Part shown: positions 14,527-28,275 of the stretch, piece after piece
Layout: the number at the start of each line of letters is the position of its first letter
Numbering within the stretch: position 1 is the first letter of the stretch
From: Eledone cirrhosa
Lineage: Eukaryota
Direction of reading: 5' to 3'
Length of the DNA stretch: 64,000 nt
Assembly (NCBI GenBank): GCA_964016885.1
Contig: OZ024760.1
Coordinates: 20,956,001 to 21,020,000, forward strand
Position numbers and translations under genes: made by a program
Notes under the pieces: model-generated
What the model saw: only the letters and a program-made list of their open reading frames with translations
Told to the model about the DNA's origin: nothing
The model's database searches: none

Positions 14527-14845
14527 TTAGTGGTTAGAGCATTGGCCTTGCAATCGAAAGGTTGTGAGTTCAATTCTCAGACCGGGTGATGTGTTGTTTC
14601 CTTGAGCAAGACACTTTATTTCACATTGCTCCAGTTTACTCAGCTGTAGAAATGAGATGATAGGGACTGGGGTCCCTATCATTCCACTGCAAAGTGGTCG
14701 GGGAGTTGCCACGGCAAAAAAGCACCCAGCACTCACTGTAAATGAGGTTGGTGTTAGGAAGGGCATCCAGCTGTAGAAATCAAGCCAGAATCAGTTCCCG
14801 TCCCACCCTTGCAAGCAAGGATAAAGCGGACGTAAAATGAAATGT
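14521..14845 (+). mobile_element. SINE family A, near full length
   Basis: Head, CORE region and RTE-like tail ending ggacgtaaaatgaaatg. Confidence 0.9.
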
Positions 14846-14917
14846 AAAAAAATGTATATATATATATATTTGTTTTACGAGGTTTTTGATATGAAATCGT
14901 GTGTCGAAACAAATATA

Positions 14918-15319
14918 GCCAGAAATAATAACAGAACACACTCACTGTTTGGTTGGTTTTCGCTTCTGTATCTTTTATATCTCCAAAGTTAATTCATTTG
15001 GTCCTCAGTGTTTATCATTGTATTTTTGACCGTTGGTCAGTCAGATATAAACATATATATATATATAGTCTAAAAAAGTTCTTTCGTTGCACATCTGCAA
15101 CATCATCAGTGGTACTATTATGTTCCTCCTGTTGTATTGTATGTGTACGCCATTTTTATTTTATCTGTTTATTTATCTATTTATTTTTGTTAGACTATAT
15201 ATATATGTTTATATCTGTATTTTTGATATTGAGGACCAAATGAATTAACTATGGAGATATAAAAGATACAGATGCGAAAACCAACCAAACAGTGAGTGTG
15301 TTCTGTTATTATTTCTGGC
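14918..15319. repeat. Element with 90-bp inverted repeats (14918-15007 / 15230-15319)
   Basis: The arms are reverse complements with about 2 mismatches; the body recurs at about 23504-23720. Confidence 0.85.
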
Positions 15320-15360
15320 AATATTATTACAACAATATGACCCTTCCCAAGTATAACAAT

Positions 15361-15745
15361 CATCATCATCATCATCATCGTTTAACGTCCATGTTCCACG
15401 CTTGCATGGGTTTGGACGGGAGTTTTCCCACTTGAGGCATGAGTGGTTGTCTTGCTCGCATAGGACTGTCTGGCGGGTTTTCTACAGCTGGATGCCCTTC
15501 CTAACACCAACCACATTTACAGTGTGGGACTGGGAGGTTTTTACCGTGTTGCCTACACGGCCACATTACAGCGTGGACTGTGTGTTTTTTTGTGACACCT
15601 ACACGATCTCATTTGTTTCGGCCTGGATGTTGTGGCACCAACATAACTTTACATTGAAGGGGGCGGTATGGATGGGGTGGGGGGACGGGGGTGTATTTTG
15701 TTAGAGATGCCTACTGACTGTAGTAGGTTTTACTTTGTATTTAGG
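15361..15745 (-). mobile_element. RTE LINE 3' UTR fragment with (GAT)n tail
   Basis: Matches the 3' part of 18826-19596. Confidence 0.85.
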
Positions 15746-15856
15746 TAATACATATATATATATATATATATAGTAAAAAATTGAACGGGAACAAAACAGA
15801 GAGGCAGTACGAACAAAGGTTTATTAGTTTCATGCTCTTGAGAGTGGGGTGGTGGT

Positions 15857-15892
<36 letters not shown>

Positions 15893-15986
15893 TTGACTGA
15901 GGAGATGAGACTGTCTGGCTTTTCGTTGATCTTTTCGTTGCCTGTACACTCCCTATTTTGAATGTGCGTGTGTGTATGTATGTATG

Positions 15987-16024
<38 letters not shown>

Positions 16025-16955
16025 TTCCTAAATGGTAGCAGGTGCGGTGATTAAGAAAACCATGGTATAATGCAGAAAGACATACTTTCTTTAATTACAC
16101 AATAACCAAGGTGTGCGTGTGCGTGCGTGCGCATTACAGCACCTGATATATCTCAGTAAAATAGGTACAAAATATACCTGATAGATATGATCTGTGGTGT
16201 GTAAGAGATAATAATGGGGGGGGGGGGGGTACTGGTGGTTGTGGAGGCAAATAGTGTGAAAGTGGGGATGGTGATGGTTGTAGTGGTGGGGGCTGATGGT
16301 GGAGGCGAGACTGGTGGTAGTGGTGGTGTGGTGGAGGCGAGGGTGATGGTGGTGGTGGTGGTGGAGGAGGTGGCAGTAGTGGAGGCGAGGGTGATGGTGG
16401 AGACTGGTGGAGGTGAAGGTGATGGTGGAAACAGAGGAGACTAGGGTGGTGGTAGGGCTGATGGTTGAGACAGTGGTGGGGCGTGAGTGGTGGTAGTGGA
16501 GGGGTGTAGGGCTGATGATGTTGAGAGTAGTGGAGGCAAGGGTGGTGGTCATGGCAATGATAATGGTGGTGGCAAGGTTAGATTAGGGGAGCAAGGAAAG
16601 AGACTTGAACTAGAAAAACACAATCTATTTCACTTCATTTAGCTTCTTCAGTGATAAAACTGGGTGGTGGTGGTGGTGGTGGTGGTGGTGGAGTGATATC
16701 TAAATACCTGTACTAAAGTGATATCATGTGAAGTGCTAAAGATACCATCTACCTTTTATCTTAAATGAGACAAGATTAATTTACTTAGAAAATTGTCTAC
16801 TTTGTGACTTCAGCTTTTATCCCACAAAACCTCATTTTAAACACTTTCATTACTAAATTGCTAATGAAAGACAGACACTCCATAAGAGTTTCACATAATT
16901 TTGAAAATAATCAAGAATCTGGAATGATTTAGTAAAATAATCAGCTTCCTCGTGA

Positions 16956-17341
16956 TTAACCCTTTAGCATTTAAACCGGTCATATCCAGCCAGAATTCCC
17001 TCACTTCTTTCTGTTCAAACCGGCCACTCATACTGATGTTAAGGTATTTATTGTTCGCAAAATTAATAGAAAAAGGAGACCTGGAAATGTTACTATGAGA
17101 GACTGATGAATGTATTGTTCTCAAAATAAATAATAACATCATTAAAATCTCGTAGATTCCATATTATGTGAGATAAAGCCTTTACCATTTCTACATTTTG
17201 GCACAAGGCCGGCAATTATCTCAGTGCATTACTGGTACTTTATTTTATCGACCTCGTAAGGATGAAAGGCAAAGTTAACCTCGGCGGGATTTGAAGGGCC
17301 GAAAATATAATAGCAGAGTAATGTAAATGCTAAATGGTTAA
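16956..17341 (+). mobile_element. piggyBac-like MITE family 2 (TTAA-flanked), nested in a family-1 MITE and containing a SINE B fragment
   Basis: Begins ttaaccctttagcattt and ends aaatgctaaatggttaa; the host MITE sequence resumes after the duplicated TTAA. Confidence 0.7.
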
Positions 17342-17384
17342 CCTGGTGTTTGGAGCATAACTTAAAGGTTCTTATAAAATTATG

Positions 17385-17710
17385 GACAGACAGATGGACG
17401 GACAAACAGACAGGTGGATGGATGGACAGAGGCAGACAGAGGCAGACAGATGGGTGGACAGAGGCAGACAGATGGGTGGACAGAGGCAGACAGATGGGTG
17501 GACAGAGGCAGATGAGTGGACAGAGGCAGACAGATGAGTGGGCAGAGGCAGACAGACGAGTGGACAGAGGCAGACAGACGGGTGGACAGAGGCAGACAGA
17601 CGGGTGGACAGAGGCAGACAGACGGGTGGACAGAGGCAGACAGACGGGTGGACAGAGGCAGACAGACGGGTGGACAGAGGCAGACAGACGGGTGGACAGA
17701 GGCAGACAGA
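17385..17710. repeat. 22-bp minisatellite (ggtggacagaggcagacagacg)
   Basis: Visible. Confidence 0.95.
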
Positions 17711-18825
17711 GGGGTGAATGGGCAGGCAGACAGACGAGTGATGGACAGGTAGACAGCTGGGTGAATGGATGAGTTGATGGCTGGTTGGACAAATAATTGG
17801 ATAAGAGAGATGGTTTGATGGGTGGCTGATATTACATTTCACAAAGTTATGCATGGTTGGGGCTGGATATGGTATCCGACATTGATATTTAGACATGGGT
17901 GTCAAATAGACCTCTGTCATCCTGTCATCAGCCATTTGCTAGCCAAGTTGTTTTGTCAGTCATGGTTCATCATCATCATCATTTCAATATATGTCCGCTT
18001 TTTCCCTGCTTGCAAGGGTGGGACGGGAACTGATTCTGGCTTGATTTCTACAGCTGGATGCCCTTCCTATCATCACCTGGTCTGAGAATTGAACTGAGAA
18101 TTGAACTCACAACCTTTCGATTGCAAGGCCAATGCTCTAACCACTAAGCCATGTGCCTCCATGTTACAAAACTCTACAAAACTCACTGGAAATATTACAT
18201 CAGGTGTTTTGTTTTGTTGTTTTTTTAAATATTTTTCTCAAACATTTTGCTGAAATACAATCCAATGTTTTTAGAAGTTCAGTGCTTGTTTACGATGTTA
18301 AACCAGAGAAAAAATTGCAGAATTTATTTTAAAAGTCTACGTACAAGATATTATTCATACTAATATATATAATTGTTTCTACTTTTGGCACAAGGCCAGC
18401 AATTACCCAATGCATTACTGGTACTTTATTTACTAATATATATAATATCTATAATGTACTTGCCACAGTAGAGGTAGACCAAGGAAGATCTGGGCGGATG
18501 TGGTGAGAGCTGATCTTAAAATGGTGGAATAACAAAGGAATACAATGAGCGGAGAGATGCCATGCTGAAAAGGACTCGCCCAACCCATGCAAGCTTGGAA
18601 AAACGGATGTAAAATCAATGAAGATGATATATTATAGAGCAACTGATGTTATTTAAACCTGAAAAATGTTGCAGCTGACCACAAAACAAGATATGAGACA
18701 CTCATGATATTTATACTGAAATTGATAATCTTATATTTAAGGTAAGTAGTTGCTAGGAATCCAGGTAACTGAGGAAGGTTTTCATGTTATTGAGGTGTAT
18801 CTTTAAGTGATTTTAGTGGACTGGA

Positions 18826-19596
18826 AAAAAAAATTAGAAATAAGAGGGATCAGATGTTGTTTACTCGAGAGAAGGCTACGTTGGTACGGTCACGTGATGC
18901 GCATGAAAGACGACAGCTGTATAACAAAGTGCAGGGCAATAAAGATAGACGGTAGCCACGGAGTAGGCAGACCCAGAAAAACATGGGACGAGCTGATAAA
19001 TTCCGACCTCACATGCTTACACCTCTCCAAGACAATGTCACTGGACCGAGACCTTTGGCGGTACTCAGTAATAGAGAAGACCCGCCTTACCTAAATACAA
19101 AGTAAAAACCTACTACAGTCAGTAGGCATCTCTATCAAAACACCCCCCGTCCCCGTCCCACCACCTCCACACCGCCCCTTTCAATGTACAGTTATGTTGG
19201 TCCCACAACATCCAGGCCGAAACAAATAAGATCGTGTAGGTGTCACGACAAAAAAACACAGTCCACGCTGTAAATGTGGCCGTGTAGGCAACACGGTAAA
19301 AACCTCCCAGCCCCACACCGTAAATGTGGTTGGTGTTAGGAAGGGCATCCAGCTGTAGAAAACCCGCCAGACAGTCCACGCTGTAATGTGGCCGTGTAGG
19401 CAACACGGTAAAAACCTCCCAGCCCCACACTGTAAATGTGGTTGGTGTTAGGAAGGGCATCCAACTGTAGAAAACCCGCCAGACAGTCCTATGCGAGCAA
19501 GACAACCACTCTTGCCTCAAGTGGGAAAACCCCCGTCCAAACCCATGCAAGCGTGGAACACGGACGCTAAACCTGATGATGATGATGATGATGATG
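18826..19596 (+). mobile_element. 5'-truncated RTE-clade LINE (ORF C-terminus, 3' UTR, (GAT)n tail)
   Basis: ORF 18807-19094 contains RRLRWYGHVMRM...GRPRKTW...DRDLWR, the canonical RTE C-terminus; the UTR has an internal duplication. Confidence 0.9.
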
Positions 19597-22500
19597 GTTT
19601 CTTGACTAAAGTTCATACCATTCTGGTTCATTACAGAGATTTACTTTAGTTGGTAGAAATAATAATGGTGATGATGTTTAAAACACACACACACACACTC
19701 ATACAAATATATATTTATATATATATGTGAAAGACTTCCACAGAGTGTCTGCCTACCAAATTTCACATAAGTGACTCACATACAAATATATATTTATATG
19801 TGACTGACTTCCACACTGTCTGCCTACCAAATTTCACTCAAGGCATTGGTCATTGGAAGGCTTTAGTAGAAGACACTTGCTAGAGGTAATACGGAACCAG
19901 AAGCCATGTGACTGCCAAGCAAACACCTTAACCCTACAACCATGCCCTTCACCTATGACGTTATGGAATTAAAAAGTACAAACACGCCTCTCTCTTCATT
20001 GCTTTCATCTCTCGACTGATCTTTATATTACATTCCAGTGTTGTTTCTATCAAATTATCTATCTCTCCCTCAGTGTGTTAACCTTTACAGAAACCCCTGT
20101 TTTTTAGATAAACTTTTCTAATGTTTAGCTACAGCCCTTAGTTATCTAATTCATCATCATCATTATTATCATCACCATCATTTTCATCATCGTCATTACC
20201 GCTGTTACCGTCGTCATTTTATGGACGTTTTTCTCAGCTTGCATGGGTTTTCACAGATCTATCTGCATCACAGTTTCTTCCACTTGTTGTGTTCCTTCAT
20301 CATCTCCTCTGTGTAATTCAATGCTATGTAATCAGCTCTCTCCACTTCGGCCCAGGTTTTCCTTGGTCTTCCTCTACTGCAGCTTCCTTCCACTGGCATC
20401 TCCAGGCTATCCTCTTCACCCAATGATCATCATACATACACATCATAAATAGAAACGAATGAACTTCCTCCAGTTTTGATGATAAGAATTCTAGTTCCTC
20501 GGCCAAAGTGTTGCTGGCCTGCTTGTGAAATTAACATGTAATTACCTCTGCATTCTACAAACATGTACCCTTAACATAGTTCTCAGGGAGATTCAGTGTG
20601 ACAGTGTTTTGTGACAAGGCTGGTCCTTTTGAATTACAGGGACAGTCAATTTTACAGGCTTCCAAACAGTTTGCATCAACCAAATTTCACTTATTAGGCT
20701 TGAGTCAACTCAAGACTATGGGTAAATAAAACTTGCTCAAGATTCCACAGTGGGATTGAACCCAAGAGGTAAGGATTGCGAAGGGAACTTGTTAACCATT
20801 CGGCCATGTTGAGTCTACTGGATACAGTCTAACCTCAACGACTACAACATTAATATGTTTTCTGTATGTATGGTCCTGTAACTTCTGAGGGAGTCATAGG
20901 AGAACCTACTGGTCTTAACATATAGTCTTCCTAGGGCATTTTAAAATCTGATGGAGCCCATCTCTTATCCAGGTCTGAATACAGCAGATTTCTTTCAAAG
21001 AAGGATAGAAAGAGAGTGAGAGAATGGAAGTGAGGAAGAATCTACCCCTGTACTAGGCTGGTACTTTATTTCATCGAACTGGAATCAATGAAAGGCGAAG
21101 TTAACCTCAGCAGGATTTGAACTCAGAGCAGAGAGTTGGAACAAATTCCACAAACAAAGCTTTCTGCCCTATGTTCTAACGACTACCAATTTGACGCCTC
21201 GTTTTCTGCATCACTCTCTCGCTCTGATCAACAAGATCCCAGACCTCATTCGCTTGCTCAGTGGGGTGGACCTTGTCAAATTGAACCAAGGAAACAATGC
21301 TTCCATTGGTCTTTCTATTGTTGATACTATCTATCAGGTTGCAACTCCTGGCAGCAAGAGTAACAAAGTAAAGTGTCTTGCTCAAGGAGACAACACATCA
21401 CCCGGTCCAAAAATTGAACTCACAACCTCACGATTGTGAATCTAACTCTCTAACCACTGAGCCGCTCGCCTTCACTGCATAAGTTTAGAAAATAAAGAAC
21501 AATTGGGAAAATAAATTTATCAGAAGCTTTACTGATATAATATATTCCTTGTTATAATATAGAATATTATTCTATGATGGGTAGCTATAGTTATCATTTT
21601 ATCTGGCTGTTAGTTACTGTGAAAATGTATAGAAAGTAGTTTAAAGTTTGTTTTTTACCAACTAAATCAGTCTGCCTTATCTGCAGTATTATTTATTCTA
21701 AAGTAACTCATTTATAAATCATTATAAATCATCTCTCGGTGAAATGATAAAAGTGCTGTCAGGCTAGAATCCAATGAATATTGAATGGAATCAGGTTTTA
21801 TCAATGTGTTAAAACACAGCCAGCTTTTGTTGCTGTTGTTAATAGTCAGGCATCTGTATTAACCAGGCCTCCTATGAAGTGGCATCTCACAGGAGCTTTC
21901 TGAAGTATAATTAACCCCTAGTGGTAAGTGTATTGGGCTTACAATTATAATGTTGTGGGTTTGATTCCTGGACTGGGTTGTGTGTTGTTTTCTTGAGCAA
22001 AACACTTCATATCTAGAGGGGAGTCTTGTACTCCCAATCACTTAACGCCATGAAAACCAGGATAAGCACCGACCTGATGAGATTCTGGACTTGAAACAGT
22101 CTTTTAGAACTCCTTTGATACCAACCCAGGGTTCCTATTTAAATTGTCCAACAAAAGTTCTTTCAACAAAATCATAATGGGAGGGTTTTTAGATAAATAT
22201 AAACACTTTAAGATAAATAGCTTTGTGTCATAGAATTATAGGTGGTTCCAAGTGGTTTTGTAGGAAAAGGGTTAATTCTTTTTGTACCAACCCAGCCAGA
22301 ACCAGCTCTGGTTCTATGAAACAAAACTACCCATTTTAAAGGGTCATATTTAAATCAAAATTTTCCAACATAATTTTAAATAAGAACCATATGTTAAGTT
22401 ACTATCTTAGTCATGAATTAATTTTAGTTGGTTCTTTCAAAATTCATTTACCGTTAATATCCTGTAATGATTTAGCAAAAAATATCTAAGAATGGGTTTG

Positions 22501-22628
22501 TTAATTCAAATGTTTACAGTATCTTTACTGGTTAACAGATTGCTGTGACAAGGCTGACCATTCAAATCACAGGTACAACAAAAACACATATATACACACA
22601 CAAAAACGCAGATTGTGTATATATATAT

Positions 22629-23015
22629 ATCATCATTTCATTTTACGTCCGCTTTTTCCCTGCTTGCAAGGGTGGGACGGAAACTGATGCTGGCTTTATT
22701 TCTACAGCTGGATGCCCTTCCTAACACCAACCTCATTTACAGTGAGTGCTGGGTGCTTTTTTTTTCCGTGGCACCTCCACGACCACTTTACAGTGAGTGC
22801 TGGGTGCTTTTTTGCCGTGGCACCTCCACGACCACTTTGCAGTGGAATGATATGGACCCCAGTCCCTATCATCTCATTTCTACAGCTGAGTAAACTGGAG
22901 CAATGTAAAATAAAGTGTCTTGCTCAAGGAAACAACACATCACCCGGTCTGAGAATTGAACTCACAACCTTTCGATTGCAAGGCCAATGCTCTAACCACT
23001 AAGCCATGTACCTCC

Positions 23016-23016
<1 letters not shown>
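22629..23016 (-). mobile_element. SINE family A with internal duplication
   Basis: Sequence match to other copies. Confidence 0.9.
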
Positions 23017-23058
<42 letters not shown>

Positions 23059-23146
23059 ATCAAACATTATATATATATATAAGTTTATCCCGGGGGTAAC
23101 CACAGTAAGTAAGGTACTCAATACATAGCAGAGTATAAATATTTAA

Positions 23147-23228
23147 TATAGATATGGCATCTACAGGACTAGAACTGATGATTTCTCCCGAATGAAACAG
23201 TTCTAGTCCTGTTGAAGCCATTTCTATA
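23147..23228 (+). ncRNA. Hammerhead-like motif inside a long hairpin (stem III collapsed)
   Basis: acaggactagaa-CTGATGA(23175)-tttctcccgaat-GAAAC(23194)-ag-ttctagtcctgt; outer tatagatatggc/gccatttctata pairing. Confidence 0.45.
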
Positions 23229-23869
23229 TATACATATACAAAACTAAATTGTAAAATTATGATATAAAATTAAATCAAATTGTTTAGAACTACAAGTGAA
23301 GTCATTCTTTTCCTTTTTTTCAAATATATATATATATATATAAACATGTGTGTATATATATATATATATATCTTAAAATACAGTGGGAATAAGAAGAAGG
23401 GGGGGGGGAGTTCCCTCGTCAGTTGTCTACTGAGGGTCTCGGATATTACTATGCTTTAAAGACAAGATAGCTCACCCCAGGGCGTCAATAACTGGATAAG
23501 TTATTGTTTGGTTGGTTTTCTCTCTGTATCTTTTATATCTCCATAGTTAATTTATTTGGCAATCAATGTTTATCATTGATTGACCAACAGTTAAAAATAC
23601 AGATATATATATATATATAGTCTATCAAAGTTCTTTTGTCACACATCTGCGACACCATCACTGGTACTATTATGTTTCCTCCCATTGTATTGTAATGCCT
23701 ACGCCATTTTTTATTTTATTTATTTATTTATTCGTGTCTCTGTTTGCGCTCACACACACCAAACATGAGACACACACACAAACGCATGGTCACAGTTGGA
23801 ATGTCTTTGATGTGATGTCTGATCATTCAAGGTTAACATGGCAATAAACCAAGACCCCCTCAAACATGT

Positions 23870-24077
23870 TGGGGTACTTTACTGGTTTCAGTCATTAGAC
23901 TGTGGCCAAGCTGGGGTACTTTACTGGTTTCAGTCATTAGACTGTGGCCAAGCTGGAGTATTTTACTGGTTTCAGTCATTAGACTGTGGCCAAGCTGGGG
24001 TATTTTACTGGTTTCAGTCATTAGACTGTGGCCAAGCTGGGGTATTTTACTGGTTTCAGTCATTAGACTGTGGCCAT
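23870..24077. repeat. 42-bp tandem repeat, about 5 copies
   Basis: ggggtattttactggtttcagtcattagactgtggccaagct repeated. Confidence 0.95.
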
Positions 24078-25042
24078 GATATGCACTGTTCTTTTATAGG
24101 TTTCAGCCATTTGTTTGGAAAGGTTTCTACATCTGGATGCCCTTCCTAATGCCAACCACTTTACAGAGTGTACTGGATGTATTTTATCATGGCAGCAGCA
24201 CTACCATATTACAGAGTGTTCTGTGTGCATTTCATCATGGCCCCAGCACCAGAGATTCTCTTTACAGAGTGTAGAATACCTCTATAAAATCTAGCGTGAG
24301 AATCTATCAAGACACAAGTAAACTCCGGTTCCTAATCTACCAATGGAATCAAAGACGGATAAGGAGTGTAGAATAATCTACAATCTAAAACCCAAAAAGT
24401 CTTATGTAGACAGAAACATAAGTGGGTTTGGTTGAACATATAATCATATATTTCTATGAAAATAGAAAAATTTGTTTTCAATAAGAAAAATATAAATATA
24501 AAAATTAAAAAAATTACTTGTGACTTCATATCTGAGAAATAGGTGAAGCTGTATGTTTTATCTAACGACAAATCATTATAATGTTATTATAAGTGATGAG
24601 AAGGAGGGTAAAGTGAGATCTAACTCTTTCATGGCCGACATAATTATCTTGTAATATACACTATTTATGTGTTTCATTTAATTTTTGAAAGCAATTAAAA
24701 ATTTGGAGGAATTTGTTTAAATAACTAAATATATCAACATCACCCCCCCCCCCCCCCCCCCATTGCTATGTTTTTAATGAAAGACATTGCACATGGTTTT
24801 CAAATCATTTCGGAAAATAATCAAGAATTTGGAGGATTTAGTGTATAACTAACTTTCTCATTATTAAACTGGTGTTTGGAACATAACTTCACAAAGGTTT
24901 TTAGATAAAATAATAATGGAAGGTTTTTTTAATAATTAAACACTTTAACTCTTAACTCATGAAGGAGTCATAGGGATGCCATATTGATAAATGGTGTTTC
25001 TTGGGGCATTTTAAAACCTAGTGGAGCCTATAACCTCCTCAG

Positions 25043-25327
25043 GAACCCTTTCATTACCATACTTCTAATGAAAGACACTACCTATGTCATTAACCCTTTC
25101 ATTACCATATTTCTAATGAAAGACACTACCTATGTCATTAACCCTTTCATTACCATATTTCTAATGAAAGAGACTACCTATGTCATTAACCCTTTCATTA
25201 CCATACTTCTAATGAAAGACAATGCCTATGTCATTAACCCTTTCATAACCATATTTCTAATGAAAGACACTATCTATGTAATTAATCCTTTCATTACCAT
25301 ATTTCTAATGACTGACACTGCCTATGG
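25043..25327 (+). repeat. 48-bp tandem repeat of the MITE terminus (about 6 copies) running into the MITE body
   Basis: Same unit as 37124-37688. Confidence 0.92.
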
Positions 25328-26531
25328 TTTTCAAATCATTTTCAAAATAACCAGGAAATTTAGGTATTTTCATTAAGATGGTGTTTGGAACATAACATAG
25401 CTTCTTATATAAAATTATGATGAAAGGTTTTAACTCTTTCATTACCATATTTCTAATGAAAGACACTGTTTATGTTTTCAAATCACTTAAAAAACAATCA
25501 AGAATTTAGAATGATTTAGAAATATAACAAACTTTCTCATTCTTAAGCTGACATTTGGTATAAAGTTCATAAAGGTTGTTCTTACATAAAATTGTGATGA
25601 AAGGTTTTTAGATAAATATAAACACTTTAAAATAAAGAGGTTTGTGTCATAGAAACAGTGACAGTTTCTGCTGATTTAGTTTCAAAAGAGTGAAGCTGAT
25701 GTAACTGAAAGAATGGATCTCATAAAAAATTTCCTAAAACTCTTGTAGACAAGAACAGAATGTGATTAAAAATTGAAAGGAATGGAACTAAATACTAAAT
25801 AATGCAATGTAAGAAATAAAACAATTCGTCCAGCACTGTCCCCCATAAGTTCTTGTTAACATGGTTGTTATTGTTTAGCCCTAGGTCAAGTCTGATGAAG
25901 AAGACCTATGATCAAAGATATTCTAACAATGTCCATCCCGCTTTTTTTCTTTTTAAACTCACCCAATCCTTGTTATTTTTTAAGACAGTAAGATGTGATT
26001 TGAGGGGCATTTTGCTTCTATTTCTACCATATCTAGATATATGACAATAGGGTGTGATTTGAGAAGATTTAGCTGCTATTTCTAACCCACAAAGTAACTC
26101 AAGTGGTTTGATATTGGAAAGATCTCAAGCTCATGATATGTATACATCTTTTAATATCTATTACACGACATCCATAAATAATAAATAAGCCAAGCTGTTG
26201 CAGTCATATCATTCAGGAATTCAAAATGTTATTTCTGACAGAATGTATTAACCTTTATTGATATCAATTTGCTGTACACTCCACCACCACGATACAAAAC
26301 CTCCGATATTAACTCTTTCCTCCTCACCATATTTGTAGCACAATGCAACTTGTCTGATGATTGTGAGCAGCCACCAGAATTAAAAATAAAATTTGTTAAA
26401 AGGGTTGAAGAGTTATGTTCAATGGCCAACAAGTATTTAAACCTTTTAGCATTCAAACTGGCCATATCCGGCCAGAATTCTCTCACCTATTTCTGTTCAA
26501 ACTGGCCACTCATACCAACATTATTGTTCTC

Positions 26532-27450
26532 ACTGGTGTGGCTTGTTATATAATGTCTTCTCTACTACATGTGGTGTTTTACTGGTGTGGCCTGCTATAT
26601 AATGTCCTCTCTACTACATGTGGTATTTTACTGGTATGGCCTGCTATATAATGTCCTCTCTACTACATGTGGTATTTTACTGGTATGGCCTGCTATATAA
26701 TGTCTTCTCTACTACATGTGGTGTTTTACTGGTATGGCCTGCTATATAATGACCTCTCTACTACATGTGGTGTTTTACTGGTATGGCCTGCTATATAATG
26801 ACCTCTCTACTACATATGGTGTTTTACTGGTATGGCCTGCTATATAATGTCTTCTCTACTACATGTGGTGTTTTACTGGTATGGCCTGCTATATAATGTC
26901 CTCTCTACTACATGTGGTGTTTTACTGGTGTGGCCTGCTATATAATGTCCTCTCTACTACATGGTGTTTTACTGGTATGGCCTGCTATATAATGTCCTCT
27001 CCACTACATGTGGTGTTTTACTGGTGTGGCCTGCTATATAATGTCCTCTCTACTACATGTGGTGTTTTACTGGTATGGCCTGCTATATAATGACCTCTCT
27101 ACTACATGTGGTGTTTTACTGGTGTGGCCTGCTATATAATGTCCTCTCTACTACATGTGGTGTTTTACTGGTATGGCCTGCTATATAATGTCCTCTCTAC
27201 TACATGTGGTGTTTTACTGGTGTGGCCTGCTATATAATGTCTTCTCTACTACATGTGGTGTTTTACTGGTGTGGCCTGCTATATAATGTCCTCTCTACTA
27301 CATGTGGTGTTTTACTGGTATGGCCTGCTATATAATGTCCTCTCTACTACATGTGGTGTTTTACTGGTATGGCCTGCTATATAATGACCTCTCTACTACA
27401 TGGTGTTTTACTGGTGTGGCCTGCTATATAATGTCCTCTCTACTACATGT
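26532..27450. repeat. 49-bp minisatellite, about 19 copies, adjoining a family-2 MITE 5' end (26437-26520)
   Basis: actggtatggcctgctatataatgtcctctctactacatgtggtgtttt repeated. Confidence 0.97.
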
Positions 27451-27778
27451 GTATGTCCTTTAACTCCTAAAGGAGTTGTAGAGTCACCGTATCGACAGTG
27501 TTTTCTGGGCACTTTTTAAACCTGGCAGAGCCCATCTCCTCTCCAGGACTGAATTCAGCAGATCTCTTCCAGAGAATGATATAGAGAGTGAGAGAATGGA
27601 AGTGGGAAAGAGATATAGAGGAAGAATCAACCCCAGTACTAAACTGGTATTTTTCTTTCATTACCTCGAATGGATGAAAGGCAAAGTTGACCTCGACAGG
27701 ATTTGAACTCGGAGAGCCGAAACATATACCACAAAGCTTTCTATCCATCGTTCTCAATATTCTACCAATTCACTCACT

Positions 27779-28275
27779 GCCTTCTACTACATATAATTGT
27801 TTCTACCTTTGGCACAAGGCCAGCAATTACCCAGTGTATTACTGGTACTTTATTTTATCGACCCCATAAGGATGAAAAGCAAAGTTAACCTCGGCCTTCT
27901 ACTACATATAATTGTTTCTACGTTAGGCACAAGGCCAGCAATTACCCAGTGTATTACTGGTACTTTATTTTATCGACCCCATAAGGATGAAAAGCAAAGT
28001 TAACCTCGGCCTTCTACTACATATAATTGTTTCTACGTTAGGCACAAGGCCAGCAATTACCCAGTGTATTACTGGTACTTTATTTTATCGACCCCATAAG
28101 GATGAAAAGCAAAGTTAACCTCGGCCTTCTACTACATATAATTGTTTCTACGTTAGGCACAAGGCCAGCAATTACCCAGTGTATTACTGGTACTTTATTT
28201 TATCGACCCCGTAACGATGAAAGGCAAAGTTAACCTCGGCGGGATTTGAACTCAGAATGGCAAGGGCCGTAACTC
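27779..28275 (-). repeat. Four tandem 115-bp copies of a SINE family B 3' half; the last copy extends into the B box
   Basis: Visible tandem repeat; the unit matches SINE B. Confidence 0.93.

Noticed and set aside
18676-18747. Strong plus-strand donor aag|gtaagt
   Set aside because: It is an isolated site with no convincing partner exon or recognisable peptide.
22074-22101. CTGATGA...GAAACAGTC hammerhead-like string
   Set aside because: It has no stem I, and sister SINE C copies read gagacag or tagacag rather than gaaacag, so the match is chance.
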